DNA of 63,980 nucleotides, filler included, from Thelocarpon superellum (Eukaryota): NCBI GenBank assembly GCA_026025795.1. It is 3 parts of 3 records of this genome, joined end to end, with 100 filler letters (N's around TTAATTAATTAA, not from the genome) between each part and the next. Parts side by side here need not be neighbours in the genome. Positions count along the whole stretch, not along the records: positions 47,340 to 63,980 come from JAPEUG010000387.1; 2 more parts are not named here. One strand, 5' to 3'. Shown piece by piece: positions 51,601 to 63,980 of this stretch (position 1 is its first letter; each line of letters starts with the position of its first letter). The notes under the pieces were generated by a model. It saw only the letters and a program-made list of their open reading frames with translations, ran no database searches and was not told where the DNA came from. The position numbers and the translations under genes were made by a program.

Positions 51601-52688
51601 GGTGGTGACACGGCGCGGTGGCTCGCTGTTCGCGTACTCTGGTGGCACTTTGGGCCATTGATCTCGGCTGGCGGATACCAGCGCCAGACATATGAGGGTT
51701 TTCCTAGAGGGAAGATTAGGCTTTGAGCTGATCAGTACACATTGACCGGCTCACCCCAGTCCCATTGTCTCGGCAAGAATCCCGCCTCTAGCTCCATAAT
51801 ATCGCACCGGATGCCGCACAATTTTGATGTGATCCGGGTCGAAGTAGTACCCTGAGCCGTCTGGCGCGACATTCGACCGACATTCCGGATCGACTCGGAG
51901 AGAGGGAGCGACTTCTTTCTGAAGCATCATGGCCGCGGACCGTCGCTGATGTGGGTAGAGCTTGGCCTTGATGCCATAGTCGGCGCCGTCGCCCCCAAGT
52001 AGGTCATGCATGACTTTCTTGCATTCTTGATCGGCAACTGCCATCGGATCGGGCTGGGGGGAGCGAAGTGTATTGAACATGTAAAACAGCGAGACGCTTT
52101 CGCCCCGGTCCGGTTGAAGCCTGGTGTTCAGCATGCGTGGATCGAAGCTGCCACTCCAGACCGATGGTGAGGCATCGACGAGCCGCAGAACCAGGCTCGT
52201 CGCGGCCCGGAGGCGTTTATGATTCCGGTCGAGACGGATTGGTCCAACATCATCAGGCAGTACGTAAATCCGTATCACTCCCCATTCACGATCTCGATCG
52301 TTTCGCTTGATCATGATCCGGGCCAGGCTGACCCGAAGTAGCGTCGATAGACACTCTACACAGTCGTGATCGATGGGTAGAACGTCGCCGGCAGACGAGG
52401 CTTCCTGCCATTCGTCACAGTATCTGAGACCTTGTCGTACCGTAGCACGTCGAAGCCAGATCCGGAGACATCCCAGAGCCTGGTACTGTTCCAACGGCAC
52501 GGCAGGCTTCGGTGCGTTGTGCTAGAGCAATCAGGGGAGGTTCTCAAGACAAATGACGGGGCACCTACCAAGTCAGTGTCCCGGAGAGGATAGCTCGGTG
52601 CCTTGAAGCCGATCTTCGAAGGATCTAAATGAGGTCGGGCGGTGGAGGGTTCGAGATGCCCGTGGAGCTGGGGATGGACAACAGCCAT
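48670..52688 (-). CDS. SNF2-family helicase/ATPase (Rad5/Rad16-like group)
   Basis: Motif I GGILAETMGLGKT (spliced), Ia IIVCPANLVQHW, II VDEGH, III VSGTP, V AHGLNL and VI QAVKRAHRIGQ. Introns 52522-52568, 51704-51754 and 49639-49695. Confidence 0.9.
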
Positions 52689-53153
52689 AGTGAGCCAAAA
52701 ATGGTCGGGGTCAAGAGTGGCGTATGGGCATCACCCGCAACGAGCCTCCCATGTCAATGGAGATGGTCATCGCGAGATGTGTCCTTGACTTCTAGAGGAG
52801 TCAATATCGAGGGTCGCTTGTCTTCGGGAAGATGAGCAAAGAATCGAAAGCCAGGAGGGACGAGGCAGTGACGCTTACTGGAGGTAACATACTCGTACGC
52901 TGAATGACTGATCTCACCACGACTGAGCCCACCACCGCGTTCTGCCTGCGCTAAGTTCACCGCCTTCGCCAATAATGACGGGGCCCCCCTCAACAACCGA
53001 ACCAATTGGCGTCGCTGCCATTGGTCGAGTTGACGCGGAAGTCAGGAACGACCAGTCATTTCATGTGTGGTCCAGCTTTCTCGTCGTAAACTCTCGTAGA
53101 GCTGAATGAGACAGGATGGATGAAACCAGCCAGACTTCAGTCCCTCAACGAGG

Positions 53154-54221
53154 ATGCCTGATGATGGATCGTCTCAGATGAGAGTGGAGATGGGTCACAC
53201 ACCAGCTCTGCCCAGGCCCATCGATCATTTCTCGTGGTTGTCGGTCCTGGCGGACGTATTGCGACTGTAAGGAGCCCTCGTCTACTTGCCCCTCTTCACC
53301 GTGATGGAGTCTCCGGACGGCGATCTGAAGACGAACGATCAGTCCAGACGAGAGCCTGGCATGCGCGTACCTCTATTTCAATCGGTACCGACGCTTCATA
53401 GCGAACTCGGATGAGCCGGACCGGCTAGATGCACATGTTCGTGACTCGTGTCTTATCCCTCCCCCCCTTCCCTTTGCCCCCACGGGAAGCTTTCTCCCCT
53501 CTTCAAACCTCCATCCGTACTCATCCGGATCAGACCCTCGCCCTCGCGTCTCTCTCCCTTGCGACAAAGAGTACAGAGTCGCCCCGCCGTCTCCGAGAGC
53601 TGCTCCTCCCCGCGCACCGCTTCCTCCACTCGTCGAACCCGGCCGCGCCCCCCCTCACCCTCACCTCGCCCCTGTACGCCGTGCTCCGGGCGACGGTGGT
53701 CCAGGCGGAGATGATGCTCCTGCGCGTGCTGAAATTCAGCATCCGCATGCCCATCGCATTGCATCATCTCCCCCGCTACCTGGTCCGGGCCATCGGCGAT
53801 GGCGACACGGTAGGAGGTTATGACGGCCTGAGCGAGGACCACAAGGACGAATACAAGATAGGGGCATTGATGGACACGGCCCTGGCGCGAGCGGTGACCG
53901 CCACGACGGTCAATGCGTAAGTGATATCCCGTATGGCTGTCTCCCATGATCCCTTCCGTCGACTTTCATGCAACGCTGGCCGGTCGTCGCGCTGTGACAT
54001 GGTTCCCGCATTGACAGGCCGAGGATAGGTACAAGGATTATCACCTCGCTAATTTCTATCCGGCGCGAGCGGTGGCCGCGACGTGTTTGTATCGGGTGCT
54101 GCAGCAACGCGGGCTGCAGGTGACGGACCAGGATGGCAAGGCCGAGGGCTGGCTGGACGACGTTACCGGCGGCAAGGTGGAGCGCGAGGAGTTTGATGAG
54201 ATCTTGGCACGGCTGACATGA
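53154..54221 (+). CDS. Small cyclin-box protein (transcriptional cyclin L/K/Q-like)
   Basis: Spliced model with introns 53267-53342, 53437-53533 and 53917-54028: LADVLRLPDESLACAYLYFNRY...LALASLSLATKSTESPRRLRE...VVQAEMMLLRVLKF...FYPARAVAATCLY. Start uncertain. Confidence 0.75.
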
Positions 54222-54364
54222 TGGAACGAACAAGGGGTGGAAATGGGCATCGGATTGCCGTGAGATCATTTCTATCAATGCTGCCAGCGCCGTCCCGAAT
54301 CTCCTGGTAGTTCCCTACGTGGTCGCAACAGAGAAGAAGAGTATAGGTGAAAATAGTTCGCCAT

Positions 54365-56343
54365 CTACGCGCCCCGCGGCGTGCCGTCTCCCGTCGTCAC
54401 CGCCCGTAGCGCCTCGCTGACCTCGAAGCCCAGGCGTCGGAGGGCACGCTCGTCCACGTCCTCGCCGCGGGCCTTCTTCACGACCAAGGTGCGTGCCTCC
54501 TCGCGCACCTCCACCACCCCGTTCTTCCGTAGCTCCTCTTGGCTGCATTCTCGGATCCAGATGGTCACGTCTGGGCCAATGATGCCCCGCCAGAGGGTAG
54601 CCGCCCACTGCCAGTGGTCGACGGGCGCATATGCGTCGTTGATGGGAATGCGCGCGGCCGCGCGGTTGGAGCGTGAGAGCATGTAGGAGGGGATGATGGC
54701 GACCGGCGCACGCGCCGGTGGCGGCGTGGATCCCGGCGAGACCGATGCGTCTGACGTAGGCACGGTGGTGATGAATCGCTGAATCGCCTGCGACGGGCTG
54801 TGCCAGCTGGCGATGCTGCGGAGATACTCCGCAAACGTCTCGGGCTCGCGCCGCGCCTCGCGTGCTTCCGCCGGGGCGTCGACGACCCGCACGACGTGCC
54901 GGTCGCCGTTGGTGAGGTCCTCCTCCAGCCAGCGCGCCACCTGCTGAATGGCTCGCTCATCCTCGCCTTCGACCGCGAGCACGGCACCGCGAATCTGGTG
55001 CGCCGGGCTCAGAGGACCGGGCGTGGCCAAGGGAGGGCAGATCTTGGAGAGCACCTTGACTTTGTTGAGGTAGGGGATGGTCATGACCATCGCTTCGATC
55101 GATCGACTCTGCGCCGTGCGCAAGGGGGGCAAGGTCAAGGTCGCGTCGGGCTCGTCCGGCAGCGGGCTGCTCACGCTCGGCCGTGGTGGCGGCTTCATCC
55201 GCCCGTGGAGCAGGTCGGGCCTGGGCAAGGAGACCCGACGCATGCCTCCGCTCCGCAACGGCTCGGGCAAGGGGGACTCAACTTTGCGGCGCTTCGCATC
55301 GGGCGTCTCGGGGGAGAGCCCTTCGGCCTCGTCGCCCGACATGGGATAGGGTCGAGTGGAGGCACGCACGGGCGAGTCCGTCGACATGTACCGAGGACGG
55401 CGGTGGAGCGCAGGGCCGGCCGTCGGCGCCCCCGCGACCGGCGGGAGTTGGCGGCCCTCACGACCACTGCTCGAGCCGACCGACGGCGCCGAGGCCGGCG
55501 TGGCCGGCGTGAAGGGCGTCATGGGCGTGGCCGGCGTCGTGAGGTTGCGACGCCCGCACTTGGTGCACCACTCCTCCGTCGTGCTGGGGAAGTCGGCGTC
55601 GCCCGCCGTCGAGCCCTTCTTGCCCTTGCGGCGTGGCTGGTACTTGTAGTTGGGATACTGCCGATGGTGCCGTTGCTTTTCTTCCTGCGAGCGCGAGGTC
55701 AGGTCAGCCGAGGGGGCGGGCATGACGGCCGCCGCGAGACGTACATCGGCCAGTTGATCCCAGCTGTCCTTCACCTCTTGCACTTCCTCGCGCCACTGCC
55801 GGCCGATGATCTTGGAGATTTCCGGGTTGGCGAGGCCAGGGTTTTGAGCGACGACGGAGGCTTGGAAGTGTTGGCGGTACAGCATAAAGGCTACAACGGC
55901 GGCACCATGCGTTAACCCTCGCGCTCGACGTCATGCAAGGTCCACCGCGAAGCAAACATGCCCGGTGGCACCAGGCCCGGACGGGATGGGATGGGGGTCT
56001 TACCATTGCGCGGGCGAGGGATCTTGGGTTCCGGCGGGCAGAGACACACCGAGCCCACGGAATCCCCCGACCGAGGGGCGCTGCTGCCCGTCGACGGCGC
56101 GCTGCTCTCCGCGTATTCGTCGGCGATGGGGGCGTCGAGCACGGTCGTCGCACGTCGTTGCCGGAGCAGCTGCGCCGGCGGGGAGCTCCGCTTGGAGTCG
56201 TCGATGCTGCCGGGCCGACGCGGGGAGGTGGTGGCAGGCACGCCGGCCCCGCTGCGGGGATCCGGCGTGGGCGAGTAGGAGGCCGGACGAAAGGCAGCCC
56301 CGGCCGACTCGGACCGGTGGAGCGCGGGCTTGGAATCCGACAT
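54365..56343 (-). CDS. HMG-box transcription factor (Rox1/Rfg1-like)
   Basis: KIPRPRNAFMLYRQH...NPEISKIIGRQWRE...EEKQRHHRQYPNYKYQPRR. Introns 55891-56003 and 55685-55744. Long C-terminal domain (AYAPVDHWQWAATLWRG). Confidence 0.9.
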
Positions 56344-57659
56344 GATCATACTCTCGGCGGCTCACGAAGCAACGGGCTCTCCGTGCGGGAGGAGGGCGTG
56401 TGAGGGGACAACGAGGCACACGAGCAGGCAGCACAGTCGTGTCAAACGGAAGACGTGAGGGACAGCGCGGCGGAGGAACGATGCAGCAGATAGGGAGACG
56501 CTCAACGACAAAGAAAACACGACAGAGGAAACATCAGGGGAGCCTCGGCGGGGAGGGGGGGGCGGGCGTCGGGTAGACATATGGCTTTTGGGGCGGATCC
56601 TTTGTCTCCATAATGTGATTCTCCGCATACCGTCCAGGTACCCCCCCCTCCCTCTCATGTCTGCTTTACGCCCGTGGCTGTTCCGTTCTTTGTCTCGTCG
56701 ATGCGACGTTTTGAAACTACGACGTTTGCGTGCGCCACCGCCGGCCAGGCGGACAGGCGGACAGGCGGAGCCAGGGTCAATGGGGTCGCGAGGGAGGGTT
56801 TCGCCTGGTGGTAGGACGGTGATCGCTGGGGCATGAGTCGTACCATTGTTCATTGTCTCGGCCGCTCGCATAAGGTGTAAGGGTCTAAAATGGGAGCGCC
56901 ATGCACCCGACCTGAAGGTTTCGGGCGCCGACCACTTTGCCCGCTTGGGCACCAGGAGCAGTGCACGCAGCCAGGGTGAGGCCGGTGGGGAAATGGGCCA
57001 GCGTCATGCAATGTCGACTTCCAGGGAGCGTCCTGGAATGACTGCATCCCGCACCACAACGGCTGCGACCTCGCCGGTAGGAGGGTTCGGTCTGACGGTG
57101 TGCAGGTTTCACCCTGCTGCCCCATCCCCATGCATCCACCACGATCGCTACTAGTAGTAGTACCGCCTAGTCGGTCAAAAGGCGGCCAGGAGAGAAGGGA
57201 GGTGGCGCGCCGGGGCTGTCTATGCTCCACGCAAGCCTGTCTGCATGAACGCTTTGTGCCTCTGCTCATCACCGCCCGGACCATTGTTCCCTCGGTGGCG
57301 CCCTCGCGAGACCCGGTCGACCCGGGCGGTTTACATGCCCGTCACGGCGGGCGGAACGCATGAAGCAATGAAGCAACGGAGCAAACCCGTGCCTCCTTGT
57401 TTCTACGCATGAGCGGGCCGGGCGAAAAGTACAAGGACGACCCAAGTCGCCTGGACATGACGGATATAAACAGCCGGAGGCCGATGCGGAGGCCACGGTG
57501 GGGAGTGACCAAGCTTACAACGCCTGATCCATGCAAGTCATCTGCCGCACATATGCAGGCGCGGGGGGCGCAAATGTCCAAGAATGCAACGCCGTTTCGC
57601 GGGCATACGTCCACCGGCCGCCGGACCGGGCTCGCGCTCAAGGCCACCTGTCATGGCCG

Positions 57660-58979
57660 TCATGACGGAGTGCTGCCGTTTGGCCGTGCCACGGAACGTC
57701 GTTTGGCAGCCGGGAGACCGCCCACCGCCTGCCCATCCGATGCCTCTCCACCCGACTCGTCGTCGCCCGTGTCATCCTCCGTCTCCTCGGCCTCGTCCTC
57801 GAGCAGGCCGTCCTCCGACTCATTATCTGACGCCTCCTCCGACCCTCCCCCGTGGCTGTCGTCCGCCGAGTCGCTCTCCACCCCGTTGACCGTGGTAGGC
57901 ACATCGGCGTCATCGTCGATGCTGTCGCCATCATCGTCGCCACCGTCGTCGTCGTCATCCTCCTCCTCCTGACCCTCGACATAAATGATGGCGTCATCGT
58001 GTTCGCCGTTGTCGTCGGCTGGCGCCATCGCGCCCGACGTATGTAGTCGTCGTCGTAGCTCCATCTGTGCCTCCAGCATGTCCAGCTTGCCCTTGAGCGC
58101 CAGCAGCGATTGCAGCCCGCTGGCCCGTTGTTGGATCACACGGTGCAGCGTCGTCAGCTTGGCCATGAGCTCGGGCTGGCTTGCGAGGTAGCCACCGTGT
58201 GCGATCAGCGTCCACTGCACCCACACCATGAGGTTCCCGGCCCGACCAGGCCGTCGGTGGAGTCGGTCGGCGAGTCGGTGGAGTAGGGTGGTGGCGAGAG
58301 ATGAGTCCAGGCGCTCGACAGTGGACCGGATGATGTCGAGGTCGGTGGTGTGGAGACATGATTCCAATAGATGGACGTCGTTCGTCCGGAGGGCTTGCAT
58401 CAGCACCGTGCTCAATGACGCGGCCAAGGGTGCGGACAAGGACCGCGACGTCGACGCAGGATGTGGAGCCCCGGGTGGCGCCAAAGAGTCATCGACCACC
58501 GCCTCGACGTCGATCGGGTCGATGGCAGCGGCGTGAATGAGATCGCCAAAGGATGGTTCGGCCATCGCCTCGTTCCCCGTCTCCTCCCCAACGTCCGCGT
58601 TGGTCATGATGTGGTCCTCGTCTTCGGTGCCTGCCGGTGCATGCTCGCCCTCGTCTTCGTCGTCGCTGGCCTCGTCCAGCTCTGATGAGCTCTCTGCATC
58701 GGGATCGCTCGAAAGCTCCACCAATCCTTGGACCGCGCCGCCCTCGCTGGGAGGGTCTCCGCTGAGGACGTGCGCCTGCGACTCGTCCACCCCGCTCTTT
58801 TGGGCAGCCTTGAGCGGGTGAGGGCCATTCGTCACCGCCACCACCTTGCCGCGTGGGAGAAGTTTCTCGATGGGCCGATCGTGCCACGGGGTCGCTTGGG
58901 GGCCGCCATTGACGTGGGTTGCCGTGTTGTCGCTGGTTGATGGTGCAGACGTCACCCGTGCTGATTTCTTGCTGACCAT
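57660..58979 (-). CDS. UTP5: U3 snoRNP / SSU processome protein Utp5 (Utp12 domain)
   Basis: SLSTVLMQALRTNDVHLLESCL, WVQWTLIAHGGYL, LLALKGKLDML and an acidic tail. First in-frame ATG 58979; start uncertain. Confidence 0.85.
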   Translation of the reverse strand: MVSKKSARVTSAPSTSDNTATHVNGGPQATPWHDRPIEKLLPRGKVVAVTNGPHPLKAAQKSGVDESQAHVLSGDPPSEGGAVQGLVELSSDPDAESSSELDEASDDEDEGEHAPAGTEDEDHIMTNADVGEETGNEAMAEPSFGDLIHAAAIDPIDVEAVVDDSLAPPGAPHPASTSRSLSAPLAASLSTVLMQALRTNDVHLLESCLHTTDLDIIRSTVERLDSSLATTLLHRLADRLHRRPGRAGNLMVWVQWTLIAHGGYLASQPELMAKLTTLHRVIQQRASGLQSLLALKGKLDMLEAQMELRRRLHTSGAMAPADDNGEHDDAIIYVEGQEEEDDDDDGGDDDGDSIDDDADVPTTVNGVESDSADDSHGGGSEEASDNESEDGLLEDEAEETEDDTGDDESGGEASDGQAVGGLPAAKRRSVARPNGSTPS

Positions 58980-60935
58980 CACGGCCGGGACGGTGAGCGT
59001 GGCGCTCACGGATCAGCGTTGTCCTGGGCCTGCGTCATGAATGCTTCGGCGATCGCGGCGATCAGGTGCACAGGTGGTCGAAAACAAACCATGTGGAGTG
59101 AAGGCCGGGCGGAAAGGTCCAACAGTTTCCAATATCCGCGCTCGTGTGAGCTGTGCGTCTGCAGACGAAAAAAGATGGGAGACTAGATCCGACCGCCGTC
59201 GCGTAATCCTGCCGTGCCAAGTCCACTCCAAGTCCGCTCTGAGGGCTGCGGGTCTGTCGCAAGTCTACGCGACCGGCATGGAGGATGAGTCACCATGACT
59301 GCGCTGCTCACTGCTGGCTGCTGCAGGTAGGACCTGCCCGGATGGAAGTGCTCGCAGCCGAAGAGGGCAGAATTTTTGCGCCGGCGTCACCACGATCGCA
59401 GGACGAGAATTCGCGGTCGCAAGAGAAATACCAACCGTGACAGAGCAGATGGCATATTCAATCCACGGCCAGACGTGCAGATAAGCACCGTGGCACTGTC
59501 CACCGCGCCTCGCTACAACGGTCGAGTCGAACAGGCCCGACGAATGCCATTCGTCCAGTCGCATCCGTGGAAGAAAAGGAGACCGTTGACCAGCATGTGC
59601 TCGCTGCCCGCGGGGAGGTCCCTCGGTCCACCCTTGCCACGGGGCGGTGGCGCCAGCCAACCGGAAGTCGGCCTCGATGGAAACTCATGCCGCCATGGCT
59701 CCAGGGGAGCAAGGAAAAGGACTCGTCGGCGACACTCTGGCTGGGAGGGTCAGGCCCACTTTGCTGCCGCACGTCCCCATCCGGGCCCGTACGGGCACGA
59801 GTGCGCCGACGAGGCCGCCCAGACGTACAAATACGTAGCATGTCCCCTCCCTCCGTTCCCGACCCGCGCAGGAGCAGAACGCGCGAGTTTTCTCGTTCCC
59901 TTACCCCATTCGCCTCCGGCCTTTTTTCGTGCATCGTGCGAATACTCGGACACACACGAGTACGACCCAGTGCCCGTACCGTACAGCTCGAAGTACTCGC
60001 CCCAGGACCTGTAACCCGTAGCCGCGCAGTCACTCGTCTCTTGTCAGTCGTCACGAGCGGCCCAGGGACCGCAAGAGCGCGCGTCCGGAGAGCACACGAC
60101 CTACCCGAACCCACCCACGCCCAGGCCCAGGTCAAGTGACTCTCCACCACCCCCCGGCTCCGGCATTGTCCTCCTGGGTCCTGCTCCCTCCGACCCTCCG
60201 TCGTGGCCCTCCCGTGGTCCGATTGGTCGCTTTGATTAGTGCACTGCTCGACGCTGCGACGCCTCACGAAGGGCAATTTTTTGACCTTTCCTTCCGTGAC
60301 GGCGATCTTCTCGAAGAAGGCTAATTTGCGGGCGCACTCACCTGGTCGGCTCCCGCGTTGCTCTTGCATGCGCACCTTCGGCCGCGGTCAGCTCGACACC
60401 ACAACAACACCCTCGGTCTCTCAGGCCGCGAGCGCGACAACAGTCGTCACCGGGACCGCGCTGACGGCTCGCCTTCATCCTTCACCCATTATCGCCCCGT
60501 GGGTGCGCGACCGGCGATTCCTCACCCTGACCAGCTCGACCGGGGCCTTGCATTCACAGCCATTCCTCACGCCGCTGCACGCGCTTATTCCAACCGCGCC
60601 CCGTCGCTTTCATCGCTCCTCCTCATCACTTCACCAGGTATAAAGCCCGCCACGCCCCTTCGCCAACTTCGGCTCGCTTCTTCCTCACCCGCCTCCATCG
60701 ACCATCACATCACACTCTTGCCACACCACGCCGCTGGCATCCTCGTCGCATCGCTTGCCACACGCCTGCCACACGCTCGTCGCCTGCCTGCGCCCGCCAA
60801 CTGGTGCGGAGGCACGCGCCTCGTCCGGACCGCTCCGTCGTCACGTTGCGCGTGTCAGCGTGAGCGTTACCACCAGACTTGCGCAACTCACCTCACTTGA
60901 CCCTCAGCCTCCATCGGGCGCATGTGTCGCGGTCC

Positions 60936-63712
60936 ATGGCCGTGATGAGCTCACAACCTCCGGACGCCCTCACCACCCCCAACCCCGATCAGAAGATCCC
61001 CACGGGTCCGTCGCCAGAAAAAATGGCGGATCTCGACACTAACGCGTAAGTCACGGCGCGCGACGCTGCAGCGCGCGAAGCATCGGTAGACCGAACACTG
61101 ACGTGAGCCTACTCCGCGCAGCAACACAACGACGCCTAGTCTAGACCCGCAACAATCGGATCCCATCCCCCTTCTCGAACCCAGCGCCGTCGCGCCTCCA
61201 ACGACGAATGGCACAACGACCGAAGGGGTACTTCCGAACGGCACCAGTGGAGGCGTCCATCCTCCCAAGGCCGAAGCCCTTTCGCATCCACCCGTGACCG
61301 TGGCCTCGGTCACCTCCGTCCCGCCGGCGGTGGAGGCCCCGACTTCCGATCTCCGCCAAGACACGGCTCCCACCACGCTGGAGAAGGCGGCCGAGATCCA
61401 AGAACAGAAGCAGGCGCGTGACCTGAGCCTCGACAAGGAGCTGGCAGCGGGCATGGCCAGCACCGGAGATAATCAGACCATTGAGAGTACGGCGCCGATC
61501 GCAGCGGCTACGAGTGCGGCCCCAGACACGATGGACGTGAGCGCCGATGTCCCAGCTCCCGCGCCAGTGGCGTCCGTCGTGACCGTGACCGAGATGCCGG
61601 CAGTCCTGGCACCGACGGAAGACCAGCCGATGAAGGACGCGCCCACGTCACCAGTCAAGCTCAGCCGGGACCGGGACGAAGATGATGGCGCGGATGGGCC
61701 GGCCGCCAAGCGCACGCGCACTGCGGAGGAGAGCGAGGTGACGCCGGAATTCAAGGTGCCCAGCCTTCCGCTCCTCACCACCGCCGCGGACTCGCCAGCC
61801 GGCACCGCGGCGGGCGAGAGTGAGGCGTCGGACACGCCCGCACCCATCACCAAGGCCCAGCACAAGTTCCTCTTGTCGGGCGTTCGGAACCTCAAACGGA
61901 CCAAAGACGCCTACTTCTTCCATCATCCCGTGGATCCGGTCGCGCTTGGGATCCCCACCTACTTGGACATCATCAAGACGCCCATGGACCTCGGCACGAT
62001 CGAGGATCGACTGAAGCGCGAGGCGTATGCCACCGTGGATGCTGTCGTGCGGGATCTCAACCTCATTGTCAGCAACAGCCACACGTTCAACGGGCCGACG
62101 CACGCCGTCTCCGTCGCCGCGGATACGGTCAAGGCCGCTTTTGACCGGCAGATGACCAACCTGCCCAAAGCCGATGTCGTCGAGCCCACGCCGGCGGAGA
62201 AGAAGGCAAAGAAGGCCGCGGCAGTGGTGCCCAAGACTCTCCCGGCCCGGCGCGAGTCCCGCTCGTCGACTGGCGTGGCCGCCTCACCCACGGGACCGGC
62301 AGGGTCCCCCACCACCTTCGCCCTGGGCCCGTCGGGCACGCCGCTGATCCGACGCGACTCGACCGTGGGTGACGGCCGACCCAAGCGCGAGATCCATCCG
62401 CCTCCCCCGCGTGATCTGCCCTACTCCACCACCAAGCCCAAGAAGAAGAAGTACCAGTGGGAGCTCAAGTTCTGCCACGAAGCCCTGAACGAGCTCACCA
62501 AGGGCAAGTACTCGCAAGTCGCCGAGCCTTTCCGCTATCCCGTCGACCCGGTGGCGCTCAACATCCCGCACTACCACAAGATTGTGAAGAAACCCATGGA
62601 CCTCAGCACCATCGGCACCAAACTGAAGGGGGGCCAGTACGAGAACGCCAAAGAGTTCGAGGCCGACATCCGTCTCATGTTCCAAAACTGCTACAAGTTC
62701 AATCCCAAGGGGGATCCCATCCATCAGATGGGCAAGCAGCTCGAGAGCGTCTTCGACGACAAATGGGCGGAGAAGGCGCAGTGGATCGACGATCACGCGC
62801 CCGTCTCGGGTCCGCCGAGCCCGGCCTCGTCTCCCGAGCCCGAGGAGGACGAGGAAGACGAGGAGGATGAGGAGGACGAGGCCGATACGCGGATCGACCT
62901 CCTGCAGCACCAGATCGAGCTCATGAAGGAGCAGATGGAGCTGATGCGCAAGAAGAAGTCTGGCTCCTCCGGCGCGAGCAAGAAGGGCGTCAAGCCGTCC
63001 AAGCCCGCTAAGAAGACGTCCAAGAAGGGCGCCGCCACGGCCACGACGCCTTCCTCCAAGCCGAGCGCGGCCAAGGTGGACAAGAAAAAGAAGAAGGCGA
63101 CGAGCAAGAAGGATCGGACGCCGTACATCACCTACGAGCAGAAGCAGGAGATCTCGAATCGCATCAACACCCTGCCCCCCAATCGCATGACCACCGCGCT
63201 CAAGATCATCCGAGACAACATGCCGAATCTTAAGGTATGCATCCCCGCCCCGCCTCCGTCCGTCTCCGGGGCGGTCTGTGCCCGCGGCGTCGCTAACTCC
63301 CGGACAGGGCATCCAGGATGATGAGCTGGAGCTGGACATTGACGAGCTGTCGGACGAAGTCCTCCACAAGCTCTACCAATTCGTGCAGAAGTACGCCCCC
63401 GGCAAGTCCGAGCACGAGGGGGAGCACAAGTCGCGCGCCAAGGCCGCGCCCGACGCCCGCTCCAGCGCCCCGTCCAAGCCCAAGAAGAACAAGCCGATGA
63501 GCAAGGTGGAGCAAGACGCGCGCATCAACGAACTGCAGGGGAAGCTCAAGAGCTACCAGAACGCTGGCTCCGAGTCGCCCGAGCCGGGTAGGCGAAGTTG
63601 CCCCCAGGCTGATGTGAGCCGCGCCCTCGCTAACCGCGTCGCAGGTCACGACGACGGAGCCGAGTCGAGCGACGACGAGTCGGATAGTGGCTCCGAGAGC
63701 GAGGAGGAGTAG
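60936..63712 (+). CDS. BDF1: BET-family double bromodomain protein Bdf1
   Basis: Two bromodomains (FHHPVDPVALGIPTYLDIIKTPMDL; PFRYPVDPVALNIPHYHKIVKKPMDL...NCYKFN), ET domain (ITYEQKQEIS...ELELDIDEL) and SEED tail. Introns 61046-61121, 63235-63307 and 63588-63644. Confidence 0.95.
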
Positions 63713-63980
63713 ATGGTGCGTGCCTCACACCGGGGTGGCTCTTGCCTGCGTCGTGCTGCCTGTACGCTCTCCTTTCCGCCTCCTTCTTGTCCACACGTTC
63801 GACCGCTCCATTTCGGTCATCTTGTGCACGATGTCATGGCGAGGCCGAGGTGTGCCCGGCTCGTTGCGGGCCCGTGCGACGCCCCGGGCGATCGACGAGG
63901 AAGAAAGGACGAGAGCGTGGTGGGAACAGGGGGCGGGCATCGTTTGTGGATCGCCGGTGCAGGTGAAGGCCACGAGCCTT

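Noticed and set aside
54365..56343. HMG-box gene as mating-type MAT1-2-1
   Set aside because: The HMG box is N-terminal with a long C-terminal domain, as in Rox1/Rfg1-like factors, and no APN2 or SLA2 flanks are present.
59265..60900. ORFs of 130-305 aa between UTP5 and BDF1
   Set aside because: Arg/Pro-rich translations in several overlapping frames, typical of GC-rich promoter or 5' UTR DNA; no family signal.

Overview
GC-rich, intron-containing filamentous ascomycete (Pezizomycotina-type) nuclear DNA. The window is three unrelated contig pieces joined by two artificial 100-nt spacers (44 N + TTAATTAATTAA + 44 N at 23651-23750 and 47240-47339), so no synteny should be read across them. It holds about 26 protein genes, mostly conserved housekeeping and regulatory ones. 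Piece 1: M28 carboxypeptidase, Dap1, TFIIB, Atp14, DUF1765, Pch1-type cyclin, F-box/LRR, Npl6/Rsc7 and a truncated Sch9-like start. Piece 2: SDR, Nic96, FGGY pentulose kinase, EMC10, F-box, rhodanese-PTP and Arp8. Piece 3: nicotinamide riboside kinase, SNF2 helicase, a second cyclin, a Rox1-like HMG factor, Utp5 and Bdf1. I recognised no rRNA, tRNA, CRISPR array or transposon. The best novelty candidate is a tandem pair of diverged small secreted Cys-rich genes (35117-37000) that share an intron position and phase; the first has Cys spacing resembling Histoplasma Cbp1. Also notable are a truncated silk/elastomer-like Ala/Gly repeat protein and an orphan polyP/polyQ protein with two PKI-like export motifs. 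All gene models were spliced by eye and family names are from memory; no database searches were run.
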